Source: Candidatus Melainabacteria bacterium 17Bon1m (lineage in GTDB: Bacteria > Cyanobacteriota > Vampirovibrionia > Obscuribacterales > Obscuribacteraceae). Taken from it: DNA of 64,000 nt. Positions 10,132 through 19,491 of the stretch are shown one piece after another. The notes under the pieces were generated by a model. That model was not told the origin of the DNA. It did not search any database and worked only from the letters and a program-made list of their open reading frames with translations. Positions within the stretch are counted from its first letter, which is position 1; every line of letters starts with the position of its first letter. The stretch is from the NCBI GenBank assembly GCA_032128875.1, contig JAVLKG010000013.1, forward strand, positions 1-64,000, written 5' to 3'. Made by a program: the position numbers and the translations under genes.

Positions 10132-10338
10132 TTACCAGCCGCGGTTGATGCCCGCGATGGATGCGATGACCGCAGCCACCAGAGCGACGATTGCCGTGAT
10201 GCCAGCCGCCCAGAGCGCCGAGCCTCCGGAGAGGAAAGCGATGAGCGCGACGACGGCGATGACAGCGACGGCGGGAAGCCAGAGCTTCTTTACGACGCTG
10301 CCGAAAACCAGGAGGAACAACCGAATTACGAATTCCAT
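10132..10338 (-). CDS. small 2-TM membrane protein
   Basis: GAGG RBS; two hydrophobic helices separated by SGGS. Confidence 0.75.
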   Translation of the reverse strand: MEFVIRLFLLVFGSVVKKLWLPAVAVIAVVALIAFLSGGSALWAAGITAIVALVAAVIASIAGINRGW

Positions 10339-10458
10339 GTTTGCCTCATTTCTCAGGAGTGAGCCTGAATCAGGAGTTGAATAATACGGAGGGACCTACG
10401 AGGCGCATGGACTAGCCATGCGCCTCGCTGTGGTTTCGTCAGACGACGGCGACCGACC

Positions 10459-11343
10459 TTAGTCGGCGCAGCCGCAGTCTTCGCCGCCGAGCAGACCGTG
10501 CGCCTTGGCAGCGGCGGTGAGAGCGGCAGCGTCGCCGTACTTCGCGACGGTGACCAGCCCTTCGTTGCCCTTGAGGATGCCGCGGCAGCGCTCGACGATG
10601 GCGTCGACCTTGGCGATCTTCGCGGCGTCGTCACCGGCCTTGGCGCGCTCTTCGGCCGCGGTCAGCGTCCAGTCACCCTTCAGCGCCGCCACCAGAGCGT
10701 CCGCTTCGCGGAAGCTGCCTTCGGCGACGATGACCGGGATGCCCTTGGCGATGGCGGCGTAGATTTCGCCATCACGCGTCACGGCGCCGCCGTTGACGAT
10801 GAGGTAGGCCTTGGCCCAGTCGGTGAGCGCATCGACGACGGTGAAGCGACGCTCGAGGTCGCCGTCCCAGTCGAGCACATCGCTGGCGTTCTTCTGGACG
10901 GCCGCCACGTGGTGGTAGCGGTTGTCGACGACGGCGCCGTAGGCGTCGGTGTAGAGGTGTCCGTGGTCACGGTCGAACGCCCAGTCGTAGACGCGCGGGA
11001 AGGTGCCGATGGCGACGCACTCGTTCTCGGCCGCGAGGATGGCCGGGATGGAGGTGACGATGTCGCTCTTCAGCGTGCCCGTCTCCTTGTCGAAGTAGGC
11101 GGTGCCGCCCGAGAAGGCGACGCCCTTGAATCCCTTCAGACCTTCCGAAACCCAGGGCTTCATCAGGGCGGTGTGCTCCGGCTTGAAGCCCTTCACGCCA
11201 CCACCGATGAGCAGGAGTTCCATCGCCGCGGCCTTGCGGATCGAGGCGAGGAAGGTCGCGGGCATGCTTTCCTGGCTTCCCACGACGGAGAAGAGGCAGC
11301 CGCGGGGGTCGACGGAGACGAGCGGGTTGTTTGCTTTGGTCAT
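10459..11343 (-). CDS. SLOG superfamily protein (LSDAT / TRPM N-terminal-like)
   Basis: LLIGGG, FSGGT, HHV..WDGD, IVNGG, PVIVAEGSFREAD match the LSDAT motif order. Confidence 0.8.
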   Translation of the reverse strand: MTKANNPLVSVDPRGCLFSVVGSQESMPATFLASIRKAAAMELLLIGGGVKGFKPEHTALMKPWVSEGLKGFKGVAFSGGTAYFDKETGTLKSDIVTSIPAILAAENECVAIGTFPRVYDWAFDRDHGHLYTDAYGAVVDNRYHHVAAVQKNASDVLDWDGDLERRFTVVDALTDWAKAYLIVNGGAVTRDGEIYAAIAKGIPVIVAEGSFREADALVAALKGDWTLTAAEERAKAGDDAAKIAKVDAIVERCRGILKGNEGLVTVAKYGDAAALTAAAKAHGLLGGEDCGCAD

Positions 11344-11451
11344 GCGAATTGTCCTTAAGTTTTAAAAGCCGGAATTGTTTGCCGCAAAGCAAGCAGGTCC
11401 CCGGCTAAAAGGACTTGCTTGCCGCACTCGAACTTCGAGTAGCTGCGACGT

Positions 11452-12306
11452 CTAACGGGTGCGCTTGCCGCCCTTGAAGATTTGGGACGGTTCGTACACC
11501 AGAGCACCGAGTTCGAGAAGCGCAGCGCGAATCTCTTCTTCGGTGTTTCCGCAGACGTTGATGGTCGGATGTTCCTTGCGGAACTGCTCATCGCGGGCGT
11601 ATTGATCCGCCTTGCGACCGCTTCCGTCCACCAACAGCACTTGCCAGAACGGGTCGTCCTTGCCGAGGGCGCCCCACTTCTGGATTTCTTTTTCGACGAC
11701 TCCGCCACCGTTGTAGACGAGCATCAGACCTTGCCAATGCCCCTTACGCAGGTAGTCGCAGATGTCGATGCACTCGTTTGCCTCATCGTCCCAGGATGCG
11801 TACCGGTCAGCGCTGGGCTGAACGAGCAGAGTGCTGTCCTGTGTGGGATGGACGATGGTCACGTAGTGTTCCGCCTCGGGCTTCTTCTTGTCGCAGTCGT
11901 CGGAGACGACGATACCGTGACGCGAATGCCGCATGTCTCCGACCTTGGCGATGACGCCGAGTGTTTTGGCGCCAGGGCAGAGCTTGTTGATGGGCGGAAC
12001 GACTTCGGTGATGCCGGGGATGATGACCTTCGGGTTGTACCGATTGACCATCCGCGTGCCGCCGAAGAGGCAGAAGCCGGTGAATTTCGGCAACGACTTG
12101 TTTCCGCGCGGACCGCCTGTGAGAGCATTCCGAACGTTCTGCAGCCCAATGGCGTCCTCAGGACCCATCAAGCCGCATCCCCCGGTAACACGCAAGACGA
12201 ACGGACGAATCCGAATGTCCAGGAATTTCCCGAGGAATTTTTCGCAGGATTCTCGCCCCGTCCTCACGAAGAGGGCGGATGACGAATCGACAAATGACTT
12301 AGTCAT
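11452..12306 (-). CDS. second SLOG (LSDAT-like) protein
   Basis: VTGGC, LFGGT, HPT..WDDE, VYNGG, LLVDGSGRKAD; AGGAGG RBS. Confidence 0.8.
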   Translation of the reverse strand: MTKSFVDSSSALFVRTGRESCEKFLGKFLDIRIRPFVLRVTGGCGLMGPEDAIGLQNVRNALTGGPRGNKSLPKFTGFCLFGGTRMVNRYNPKVIIPGITEVVPPINKLCPGAKTLGVIAKVGDMRHSRHGIVVSDDCDKKKPEAEHYVTIVHPTQDSTLLVQPSADRYASWDDEANECIDICDYLRKGHWQGLMLVYNGGGVVEKEIQKWGALGKDDPFWQVLLVDGSGRKADQYARDEQFRKEHPTINVCGNTEEEIRAALLELGALVYEPSQIFKGGKRTR

Positions 12307-13010
12307 AGACCCTCCTTTTGGATTTGGGGTTTGAATTGATAACGCTACAACTGCTCGATGCCTCGAGCAGAGAGCAGTGGGAACGCTAATCCGAGAATGG
12401 CAGGGGGAATCCGCACCTGCGCTATCCGCTGAACGCTCAAGATGAACGCTAGAAGACTTGAACGCTTACCCAACAACATCAGTCCGCACGACGTAGTCGC
12501 GAGGGATGGACAGTAGTTGAGAAAGCGAAAAGCTTGTTAGTTGTGGGTGAACCCAGCAAAAGCGGAAAATGGAATTAGCTCAATCACCCTGACAAAAAAC
12601 AAAGATGTCAAGCAATGAAATAGGAGCTCATCTGTGACGATCTTGAGCAATTGAGATGCGCTAACTAAGAGAGCTACTGATCGGTGTATCTGGTTTGTAT
12701 TTTCAGTAGTGTTCGCGCGAGCTTACCTCTCGTCTTGGAGGTGGTCGCGCGAGCTTGGTCAAGATCTCTTGTAAACCTCTGAATTCTTCACTTGAGTTAG
12801 GCCAGGCTTACTAATTACGTTCAAAACGTACCTTTCACCTCTTTTCCCTTTAGGAAAAACGCCAGCCAACCAGCTCTAAATCACAGTTTTTCATCATCGC
12901 CCACGGGCATCAATTTCGGTTTCGAGCCGAACATTGGTGCCCGCGTTCGCAACCGGATTCGGAAATCCGCTCAGAGCGGTTCTCCGACGCACTGAAAAGG
13001 TCACAAGCCT

Positions 13011-13940
13011 ATGAAACAGCTCAATCCCGGTCGGACTTTGCGCCGAGTCCTAGTGATTCACAAGGACTCGACGTATCAGACCCAAGCGCTGGAGAAAAAG
13101 GACATCAGGTTCCTGAAGCTCCTCGCCGAGGGCTCCGAAGTCGTGAAAACGGTTTCGAAAACGCACGAACAGCACCTGCAATCGCTGGCTCAAGTCGTCG
13201 AAGCGCTCGTCGCTCGCGGCATTGCCCACGATGTGGTCAGTCGTGCGGAGCCCTTCACCGTCGCCGAAGACGTTGATCTCATCATCACCGTCGGCGGCGA
13301 CGGCACCTTCCTGCACAGCGCCAGGGAGTGTTCCAACATCCCCATCCTCGGGGTCAACTCCGCCAAGCCGAGCAGCCTTGGGCACTTCTGCCTGGCTGAC
13401 GGAGACACGTTCGGTGAGGTGCTCGACAGCATCATCTCCGGCAAGCGTCGGTGGCATCGCCTGGCTCGCCTGCAACTCGTCCTCAACGGCGAGGAGCTCG
13501 CAGTGCCAGTTCTGAATGAGGTTCTCGTTCATGATGTCCACCCTGCCGGACCGTGCAATTACATCCTCACCATCGGCGACACGACGGAAGTGCAAAGCAC
13601 GTCCGGCATCTACATCTCCACGGCTTCCGGCAGCACCGCGGTCAATCGCAGTGCCGGCGGTCGCATCCTGCCCATCACTCAGCGCCAGTTCTTGTACTTG
13701 GTTCGCGAACCAGGTATGCGCCCCGGTGTTGATTGGAAGCTGCGCAAGGGCGCTCTCAGCCCGCACGCACAGGTGAAGATCGTGTCACGCATGACCGACG
13801 GTCGCATCTACGCCGACGGCAAATATGGCAAGGAATACGCGTTCCTGCAGGGCGACGAACTCATCGTTCGTCTGCATCCGCAGGACGTTCGCGCCTACAT
13901 CGACCCCACGGTCAACAACCGCTATCAGGTGATCAAGTAA
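13011..13940 (+). CDS. nadK: NAD(+)/NADH kinase
   Basis: GGDGT, PILGVN, LNE, STASGST, ADG motifs. Confidence 0.9.
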   Translation: MKQLNPGRTLRRVLVIHKDSTYQTQALEKKDIRFLKLLAEGSEVVKTVSKTHEQHLQSLAQVVEALVARGIAHDVVSRAEPFTVAEDVDLIITVGGDGTFLHSARECSNIPILGVNSAKPSSLGHFCLADGDTFGEVLDSIISGKRRWHRLARLQLVLNGEELAVPVLNEVLVHDVHPAGPCNYILTIGDTTEVQSTSGIYISTASGSTAVNRSAGGRILPITQRQFLYLVREPGMRPGVDWKLRKGALSPHAQVKIVSRMTDGRIYADGKYGKEYAFLQGDELIVRLHPQDVRAYIDPTVNNRYQVIK

Positions 13941-14022
13941 CGACCACCAAATGAAATTCGTGTCTGATCGTCTTCGCTGGCGGTCATCACGAATGTGTTC
14001 CAAAACTTCAAAGGAGAACATC

Positions 14023-14532
14023 ATGGCAGCACTAGCCCTTCTTTTCGGGCTGTTTCTGGTGGTCTTGCTTGGTATTGCTTCGCTTGCCACCATCCTGGCT
14101 GCGTTGCAGGGTATCTCGCTCGCTCTCAAGGCCGACAAGGCGCTGGCAATTCTCAGCGTCGTGCTGGTTTTCCCTGCAGTCATCTTCGGTGCTGTCTATT
14201 GGCTCAAAGGGAAGGATCTTCCCGGCGATTTCATGGACAGCCTGAGGGAGAAACACCGCAAGGACTCGGGAGAGAACGACCAACCCAAGCCTGACGACCA
14301 TCAGCCCGGCGAACATCAGCCCGGCGAACATCAGCCCGGCGAACATCGCCCCGAAGATCATCAGACGAACGACCACGAGCCCGACGGCAACGGACCCGGC
14401 GCCGGCGGTGGTGATATGCACGACAACGTGGATCATCGCCTCGTCGACAGCGTCAAGCCGCATGCCGACGAACACGACAGACCGTTCGTGAGCGAGGTCA
14501 CCGAAGGCGACCCGATTCCGGCGAAGAAGTAA
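14023..14532 (+). CDS. membrane protein with acidic His/Pro repeat tail
   Basis: AAGGAG RBS; two TM helices; (HQPGE)n. Confidence 0.8.
   Translation: MAALALLFGLFLVVLLGIASLATILAALQGISLALKADKALAILSVVLVFPAVIFGAVYWLKGKDLPGDFMDSLREKHRKDSGENDQPKPDDHQPGEHQPGEHQPGEHRPEDHQTNDHEPDGNGPGAGGGDMHDNVDHRLVDSVKPHADEHDRPFVSEVTEGDPIPAKK
14299..14352 (+). repeat. 15-bp coding tandem repeat
   Basis: CATCAGCCCGGCGAA x3 plus a degenerate copy. Confidence 0.85.
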
Positions 14533-14558
14533 TTCGACGCCTGAGTCATCGGTGAGGG

Positions 14559-14610
14559 TCAGCAGTGAAACACTCCTTCTGGAGCCCGTTTTACTGCTGA
14601 TTCCTCTTTT
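14559..14610 (+). terminator. intrinsic terminator
   Basis: TCAGCAGTGAAA..TTTTACTGCTGA stem plus pyrimidine tract. Confidence 0.6.
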
Positions 14611-14620
14611 GAATTTTTTA

Positions 14621-14637
14621 TACTAAACGGTGTGGTA
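14621..14637. other. 3'-end spaced palindrome, copy C
   Basis: TACTA-aacggtg-TGGTA. Confidence 0.7.
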
Positions 14638-14727
14638 AGCGGCGTTTCTTTGATTGAGCGACAAATGTTGCGGTATTGAATGTGGTGGCGTGCCCTAACT
14701 CCCTTATCTCAGACTGACAGCTAGTGT

Positions 14728-14785
14728 TTGAAACTTTCGCTGTTCGTAATTGAAGCTTTCGCTGCTCGTGTTGGAACTTTCGTCG
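14728..14785. repeat. three 21-22 bp intergenic direct repeats
   Basis: TTGAAACTTTCGCTGTTCGT / TTGAAGCTTTCGCTGCTCGT / TTGGAACTTTCGTCG. Confidence 0.7.
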
Positions 14786-15122
14786 AGCCCTTGTGACAGT
14801 GAAATTCGATTATGCGTTGCTAGCTGCGCTAGAGACCAAGCGCCTCTTGTCATCTAAAAGTTTCCCGAGCCCTCCTGTTTGGGCGTCCTATTACAGGCAT
14901 GTTTTTAATCGCAGAGGTGAATTTGCCACCACGATGTATTAGGTTTTCTGCTTAGAAACTGCGTAAGGTAAATCTATCCCGCGTCTTTTTTTCTTTTTTC
15001 GAATCCAAAACCTAACCGACCCAACCCGTTAAGTACACACCTGTTTTCTTGCCTCCGTACACACGGTCGAGAGAACACGTATGGCGTAACGACTGGGTCT
15101 TAGCCCGCCTTGCCAGATCTTC

Positions 15123-15176
15123 GTAGGGAAGGCGCATGCGCCTTCATGATCAGAGAGCCGCATGCGGCTCCCCTAC
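15123..15176. repeat. REP-like palindrome pair
   Basis: GTAGGGAAGGCGCATGCGCCTTC..GAGCCGCATGCGGCTCCCCTAC. Confidence 0.75.
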
Positions 15177-15212
15177 AGGATTGAGCAGGGCTCTGAACTA
15201 TGGGGGTATAAC

Positions 15213-16511
15213 ATGCCCAAAGGTCCTAACTACTTGTTCAGTGGGCTGGTTCCGCAGAGGCTCAAAGATGAGTTTCGGCAGACCTTTCGCTCACTGACAA
15301 ACCCCCATATTCGCCTGTATTCACTCGGTCAGTTGGTTTCCAACGCCGGTACGTGGATGCAGTCGATGGCGCTCTCCTGGTTGGTGTACAAACTCACCGA
15401 CTCGGCTGTTGCGCTGGGGATTGTGTCGTTCGCTAGTTACGTGCCGATCTTGCTGCTGACTTACTTCGGCGGCATGCTCGCAGACCGCATCGACAGGCGC
15501 AAGATTCTGATGGCAACGCAGTTTGCTGGTTTCCTGCAAGCGACGCTGTTGACGATTCTAGTGCTCGCCGGTGTGCTAAATGTCTGGATGGTTGTTGGTC
15601 TGGCGCTTTTCCTTGGCTGTGTCACAGCAGTAGAGGTGCCTACCAGGCAAGCCTTTATGGGCGACCTGGTCGAAAAGAAAGACCTGACGAACGCCATCAG
15701 CGTCAACTCGGCTATCTTCAACATCTCGCGCTTGAGCGGTCCGCTCCTGGCTGGTGTTCTCATCGCAGCATTCGGCGAGGCAATCTGCTTCGGCTTGAAC
15801 GCCCTGAGCTATCTCTTCGCCATCTACACGCTCTCGCGTGTCGCCAAGGCGGTACTTGCAAATCAGAAGCCGAAAGCGGCTGATGGCGCGCAAGGAAAAG
15901 AAAAGCTCATGCAGACGCTCAAGGACCCTCGCATCCGCGGGCTGCTGACTCTGGCTGCCGTCACCTCGATGTTCGGCTTCCAGTATGGCGTTCTTTTGCC
16001 CATCATCGCTGACAAAATGGTCAACGGTGGAGCCGCGGCGATGAGTATCCTGGCTGCAGCCGGTGGTGTCGGCGCTCTTTGCGGCGCACTGTTCCTTGCC
16101 CGCACAGGCAAGAGCATGTGGCTTCTCAGAGGCATCGGTGTCGCCGTGTTGATGCTTGGTGTTTTCACTTCAGTGATCGCCATCTCGCACTCCGTCATCC
16201 TCACGGCGGTGGCTGCGGGTCTTGCCGGTCTCTGTGTGAGCATCCAGTTTTCCGGCGGCAATTCGCTCTTGCAGCAGATTGTCCCTGCCGAAATCAAAGG
16301 ACGCATGATGGGGATCTTCTCCGTCTGCCAGCTTGGTTTCACCCCGTTCGCTGGTCTCATGGCCGGCTGGACTGCGCAACATCTCGGTGTTTCATACGCC
16401 CTGCTGATTGCCGCATCGGTCTGCGCTTTTGCGGGCGCAGTTTACTTGTTCCGCCTCAAGTCGTTGCCGCCTTCGAGCGACAGCGGCAATGAGGACTCAC
16501 TTCCCAAGTAA
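15213..16511 (+). CDS. MFS transporter (EntS/MFS_3-like)
   Basis: GQLVSNAGTWMQ, GMLADRIDRRK, PTRQA, GRMMG; about 12 TM segments. Confidence 0.9.
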   Translation: MPKGPNYLFSGLVPQRLKDEFRQTFRSLTNPHIRLYSLGQLVSNAGTWMQSMALSWLVYKLTDSAVALGIVSFASYVPILLLTYFGGMLADRIDRRKILMATQFAGFLQATLLTILVLAGVLNVWMVVGLALFLGCVTAVEVPTRQAFMGDLVEKKDLTNAISVNSAIFNISRLSGPLLAGVLIAAFGEAICFGLNALSYLFAIYTLSRVAKAVLANQKPKAADGAQGKEKLMQTLKDPRIRGLLTLAAVTSMFGFQYGVLLPIIADKMVNGGAAAMSILAAAGGVGALCGALFLARTGKSMWLLRGIGVAVLMLGVFTSVIAISHSVILTAVAAGLAGLCVSIQFSGGNSLLQQIVPAEIKGRMMGIFSVCQLGFTPFAGLMAGWTAQHLGVSYALLIAASVCAFAGAVYLFRLKSLPPSSDSGNEDSLPK

Positions 16512-16523
16512 GGGGGCTGACCT

Positions 16524-17306
16524 ATGTATGCTTCTTTGATTTGCCGTCTCTTCCTCGTGGGAGGGCGGGCTGTCTCGTGCGTGGCGGACTTCCTGGGATT
16601 GGCCGGAGGTGCCGAGGCGAACATCGTTGTTCTGCCTCACGCCTCCAGCGTTCCGGCTGAAGTAGCGCAGGAGTTTGTGGAAACCCTGAAGGCTCTCGGC
16701 GCGGTCGAAGCGAAGATCCGCGTCGTGATGCCTGGGGAAGAGCTGAAATTGGACGGCGTTGACGCTGTCTTCATGCTGGGCGGCGATCAGTCACGACTGG
16801 TCGACTTGCTCGGAAAGGATGGTGTTGCCGAGCTGAAGCGTGCTTTCAAGCGCGGCGTGCTCATTGGCGGAACCTCCGCCGGAGCCGCGTGCGTTGGCGA
16901 GCTGATGATTTCCGGCGGCATGACCGACGGCAGTACGGACGCTTCCACGCTGACGACGCGTGATGGGCTGGGGCTTGCTTCCGGCATCGTCACCGACACG
17001 CACTTCGCGGAACGCAAGCGCTTTCCGCGTCCTCCGGCGGCGATGGATCATGCCCTCAACAGGGGCTTTGGTTTGGTCACCGGGGTCGGCCTCGATGAGG
17101 ACACTGCTGTCTTGATCGAGTTCGGCAAGCGCGGAGCACCGAAATGCACGGCTTACGGCGAAGGTCATGTCTGGGTTTACGAATCCAGCGGACGCAAAGC
17201 GCGCGCCGTGAAACATCGTCGGCATCGCACCGTGGGCAGTGTCAGCGAAAGCAAGTTCTCCAAAGGAGAAAGCTTCCGTCTGAAGCGCGCGCGGCGCATT
17301 CGCTAG
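16524..17306 (+). CDS. cyanophycinase / peptidase S51 family
   Basis: GGDQ, GTSAGA nucleophile, DTHF..R.R, GLDEDTA. Confidence 0.88.
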   Translation: MYASLICRLFLVGGRAVSCVADFLGLAGGAEANIVVLPHASSVPAEVAQEFVETLKALGAVEAKIRVVMPGEELKLDGVDAVFMLGGDQSRLVDLLGKDGVAELKRAFKRGVLIGGTSAGAACVGELMISGGMTDGSTDASTLTTRDGLGLASGIVTDTHFAERKRFPRPPAAMDHALNRGFGLVTGVGLDEDTAVLIEFGKRGAPKCTAYGEGHVWVYESSGRKARAVKHRRHRTVGSVSESKFSKGESFRLKRARRIR

Positions 17307-17396
17307 TTTTGAAACGGGGGCGCGAGGATTGGTGAGGTGCGTTGAAGAACGCTCGTCATCAGCCCTTCGCGTCACTCGTTTCTTTGTGATTTTTGA

Positions 17397-17413
17397 TACT
17401 AAAACGCATAGTA
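17397..17413. other. 3'-end spaced palindrome, copy D (perfect; convergent gap)
   Basis: TACTA-aaacgca-TAGTA. Confidence 0.85.
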
Positions 17414-17608
17414 TAACGAGTTTGAAAACGATTAGGCGAAAAAAGTTTGGTCAAAAACCTTATGAATGCTGGTGGAAGTGCTACAGAGCTCGAAACGTCT
17501 ATAACTTCAGACCACCCACTCAAGGCAGGGCACACATTCAAATTCGTGTGCCCTGCCCGGCAAGTAACATCGCTGCAAATGGCATGGTGACTGGCGTCCT
17601 GATGTGTA

Positions 17609-18022
17609 TCAGGCGCTAATCAACAACCATGCAATCAGCAGATTGGTTAGATGATGCACGTATTGGTCGAAGCCAAGCGAGAGCCAGTACAGCTTCATGC
17701 TGCGCTTTTGCTCGCGAGTGGCTGTCGGCATGTCGTGCGAGCAGAGATTTTTGTAGCGACCCATCATTCGAGGACTTGCTTTGATGCGGTCCATCGTGAA
17801 GTGAATGGCGAAGTCCAAAAGGGCAAGCCACCACATCGACGGATTGACGAAGCAGACAATCGCCAGAGTGCACAGAGCGTGCATCAGGCAGTGCAGCGCC
17901 AGAGGGGCTTCCCATCCGGACGCACTAAACTTGCCCTGCATGTAGTTGTTCTGCAAGACGAAGTCGGCAACGAAGTGCTTCAAGTCGAAGGCGAGCCACA
18001 ACAAAAGAACTGTGGTAATCAT
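17609..18022 (-). CDS. DUF3307-family membrane protein
   Basis: HFVADFVLQ, LHCLMH, HFTMD, GFDQYVH. Confidence 0.85.
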   Translation of the reverse strand: MITTVLLLWLAFDLKHFVADFVLQNNYMQGKFSASGWEAPLALHCLMHALCTLAIVCFVNPSMWWLALLDFAIHFTMDRIKASPRMMGRYKNLCSHDMPTATREQKRSMKLYWLSLGFDQYVHHLTNLLIAWLLISA

Positions 18023-18464
18023 TATCTTGCGTCCACGTTGTTTCGAGGCGCCTTGTTGCAGGAAGCGCACGTTTGCGCCTTCCCACACACGAGCTTTCGC
18101 GTCATTCGTTTCCCTCAGTTTGCATTCTTCACTGCGACAGGTTCTCTCGCTGGCAGGCGAAATGACTACGAATAGTCTGCCTGCACTTTTCTGTGCGCGA
18201 GATTGCTGTGGTAATTGCGGAGAAGTTGTGCTGGAGGGCCTTAAAAGAACGAATGAAACAAGACGAGGTCTACAAATTAGGACGTTCGTGCATGCAGTTC
18301 AACCGAAAGAGCCCAGCAATTGTCACTCTTTACATTCTGTCGTGTTTCAAAAGGCTCTTCACCGCCCATTATTGAAAAACTTGCGCAGTTTGATTGCGTT
18401 TCATTTTGCGGGCTGAAATTTGAAAACAACCTATTCCAGCTCGCGCGATATCCAAACCGAAGCT

Positions 18465-19100
18465 CTAAACTGCGGAATTTTCTTTGATGGATTTCTCTAA
18501 TTCCTGGCAACAAGAAACGAGCTCTTCAAACAAGTATTGATCGGTCGCTTCGGCCATCGGCAAATAGATTTTCATCGTCTGCTTCAAGTAGTCCTCTTGA
18601 AACTCGACGTCAATGGAATCAATTGACTCTCGCACATTGTCCAGGCGATCGGAGAGTTTGATCAAACGCGTGGGAATCGGTGCTTGATTGATGCGATCGT
18701 AGTAGGTGCTTAGTTGTAGTCCGCGGCTCAACGCAGCGTCTTGCGGCGGTTTGCTCAAGGTCGAGACCATAAGAGCGATATTGCCAGTGAATTGTTGTTC
18801 CAAGTCGGCGGTGGTCACTCTGCCTTCGGAATTTTCCAGCACATCGTGCAGCAAGGCAGCAGTGATTACTTCTGTGTCCCTGTATTCCAGCTCTTCCAGC
18901 AATACAAGCGCAACACGCATCGGATGAATGATATACGGCTGCGCAGTCACACTTTTTCCGGGGCGGCGAACTTGCTTTTCATGCACTTCTTCCGCCAATG
19001 CCAGAGCTTTCCAGAGCATTGCTCTTTCTGCCGCTTTGTAGTCATCCAGCTGGCTCACCAGTCGATGTCTGACCACACCTGCCAAACTCTTTTTCTTCAT
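18465..19100 (-). CDS. stand-alone HD-domain hydrolase (SpoT-HD/Mesh1-like)
   Basis: PYIIHP, ALLHDVLE, IKLSDRLDN; no synthetase domain. Confidence 0.85.
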   Translation of the reverse strand: MKKKSLAGVVRHRLVSQLDDYKAAERAMLWKALALAEEVHEKQVRRPGKSVTAQPYIIHPMRVALVLLEELEYRDTEVITAALLHDVLENSEGRVTTADLEQQFTGNIALMVSTLSKPPQDAALSRGLQLSTYYDRINQAPIPTRLIKLSDRLDNVRESIDSIDVEFQEDYLKQTMKIYLPMAEATDQYLFEELVSCCQELEKSIKENSAV

Positions 19101-19344
19101 CGAAAAGCACCACTTCCTGGCAATCTCGCTGCCGAGATCATGTCAATATAAATTGACGCCGACGTCTGCTAAATACCCTGCCCACTCACTGTCAATACAT
19201 AGATTATACGTGTCTGAGAAAACTCTCGTGCCTCATGGCATCCGTTCGCTGTAAATCGCATGCTCGTGATGAAGCAGCGCCTCCCGTGCGGCGTTTGTTG
19301 AAAGGCTGTAAGAAGAAATTCCAAGCCTAAGATCAAGCGCTGTC

Positions 19345-19361
19345 AATTATGGTTTATAGTA
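19345..19361. other. 3'-end spaced palindrome, copy E
   Basis: minus strand TACTA-taaacca-TAATT. Confidence 0.65.
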
Positions 19362-19371
19362 AAAAATTCGC

Positions 19372-19405
19372 AAAAAACGAAAGATGTAATAGCGACATCT
19401 TTCGT
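19372..19405 (-). terminator. intrinsic terminator
   Basis: ACGAAAGATGT-N7-ACATCTTTCGT stem with a T-tract on the minus strand. Confidence 0.7.
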
Positions 19406-19491
19406 CAGCAATTGAGGAGACTGCCGGTTGTGGCAGCCTCCTCGTTGCTCAGGGGCAGTCTGCGGCGGCAGGTGAAGACGCAGTCCTTAGA

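Noticed and set aside
10498-12282. Long plus-strand ORFs 10498-11358 and 11482-12282
   Set aside because: Antisense shadows of the GC-rich SLOG genes, with no motifs or RBS. The same applies to 36728-37732, 41036-41902, 42937-43833, 53423-54514, 60752-61780 and 62111-63337.
9767-12306. Thoeris or CBASS call
   Set aside because: No TIR, SIR2, Macro or cyclase motifs seen.
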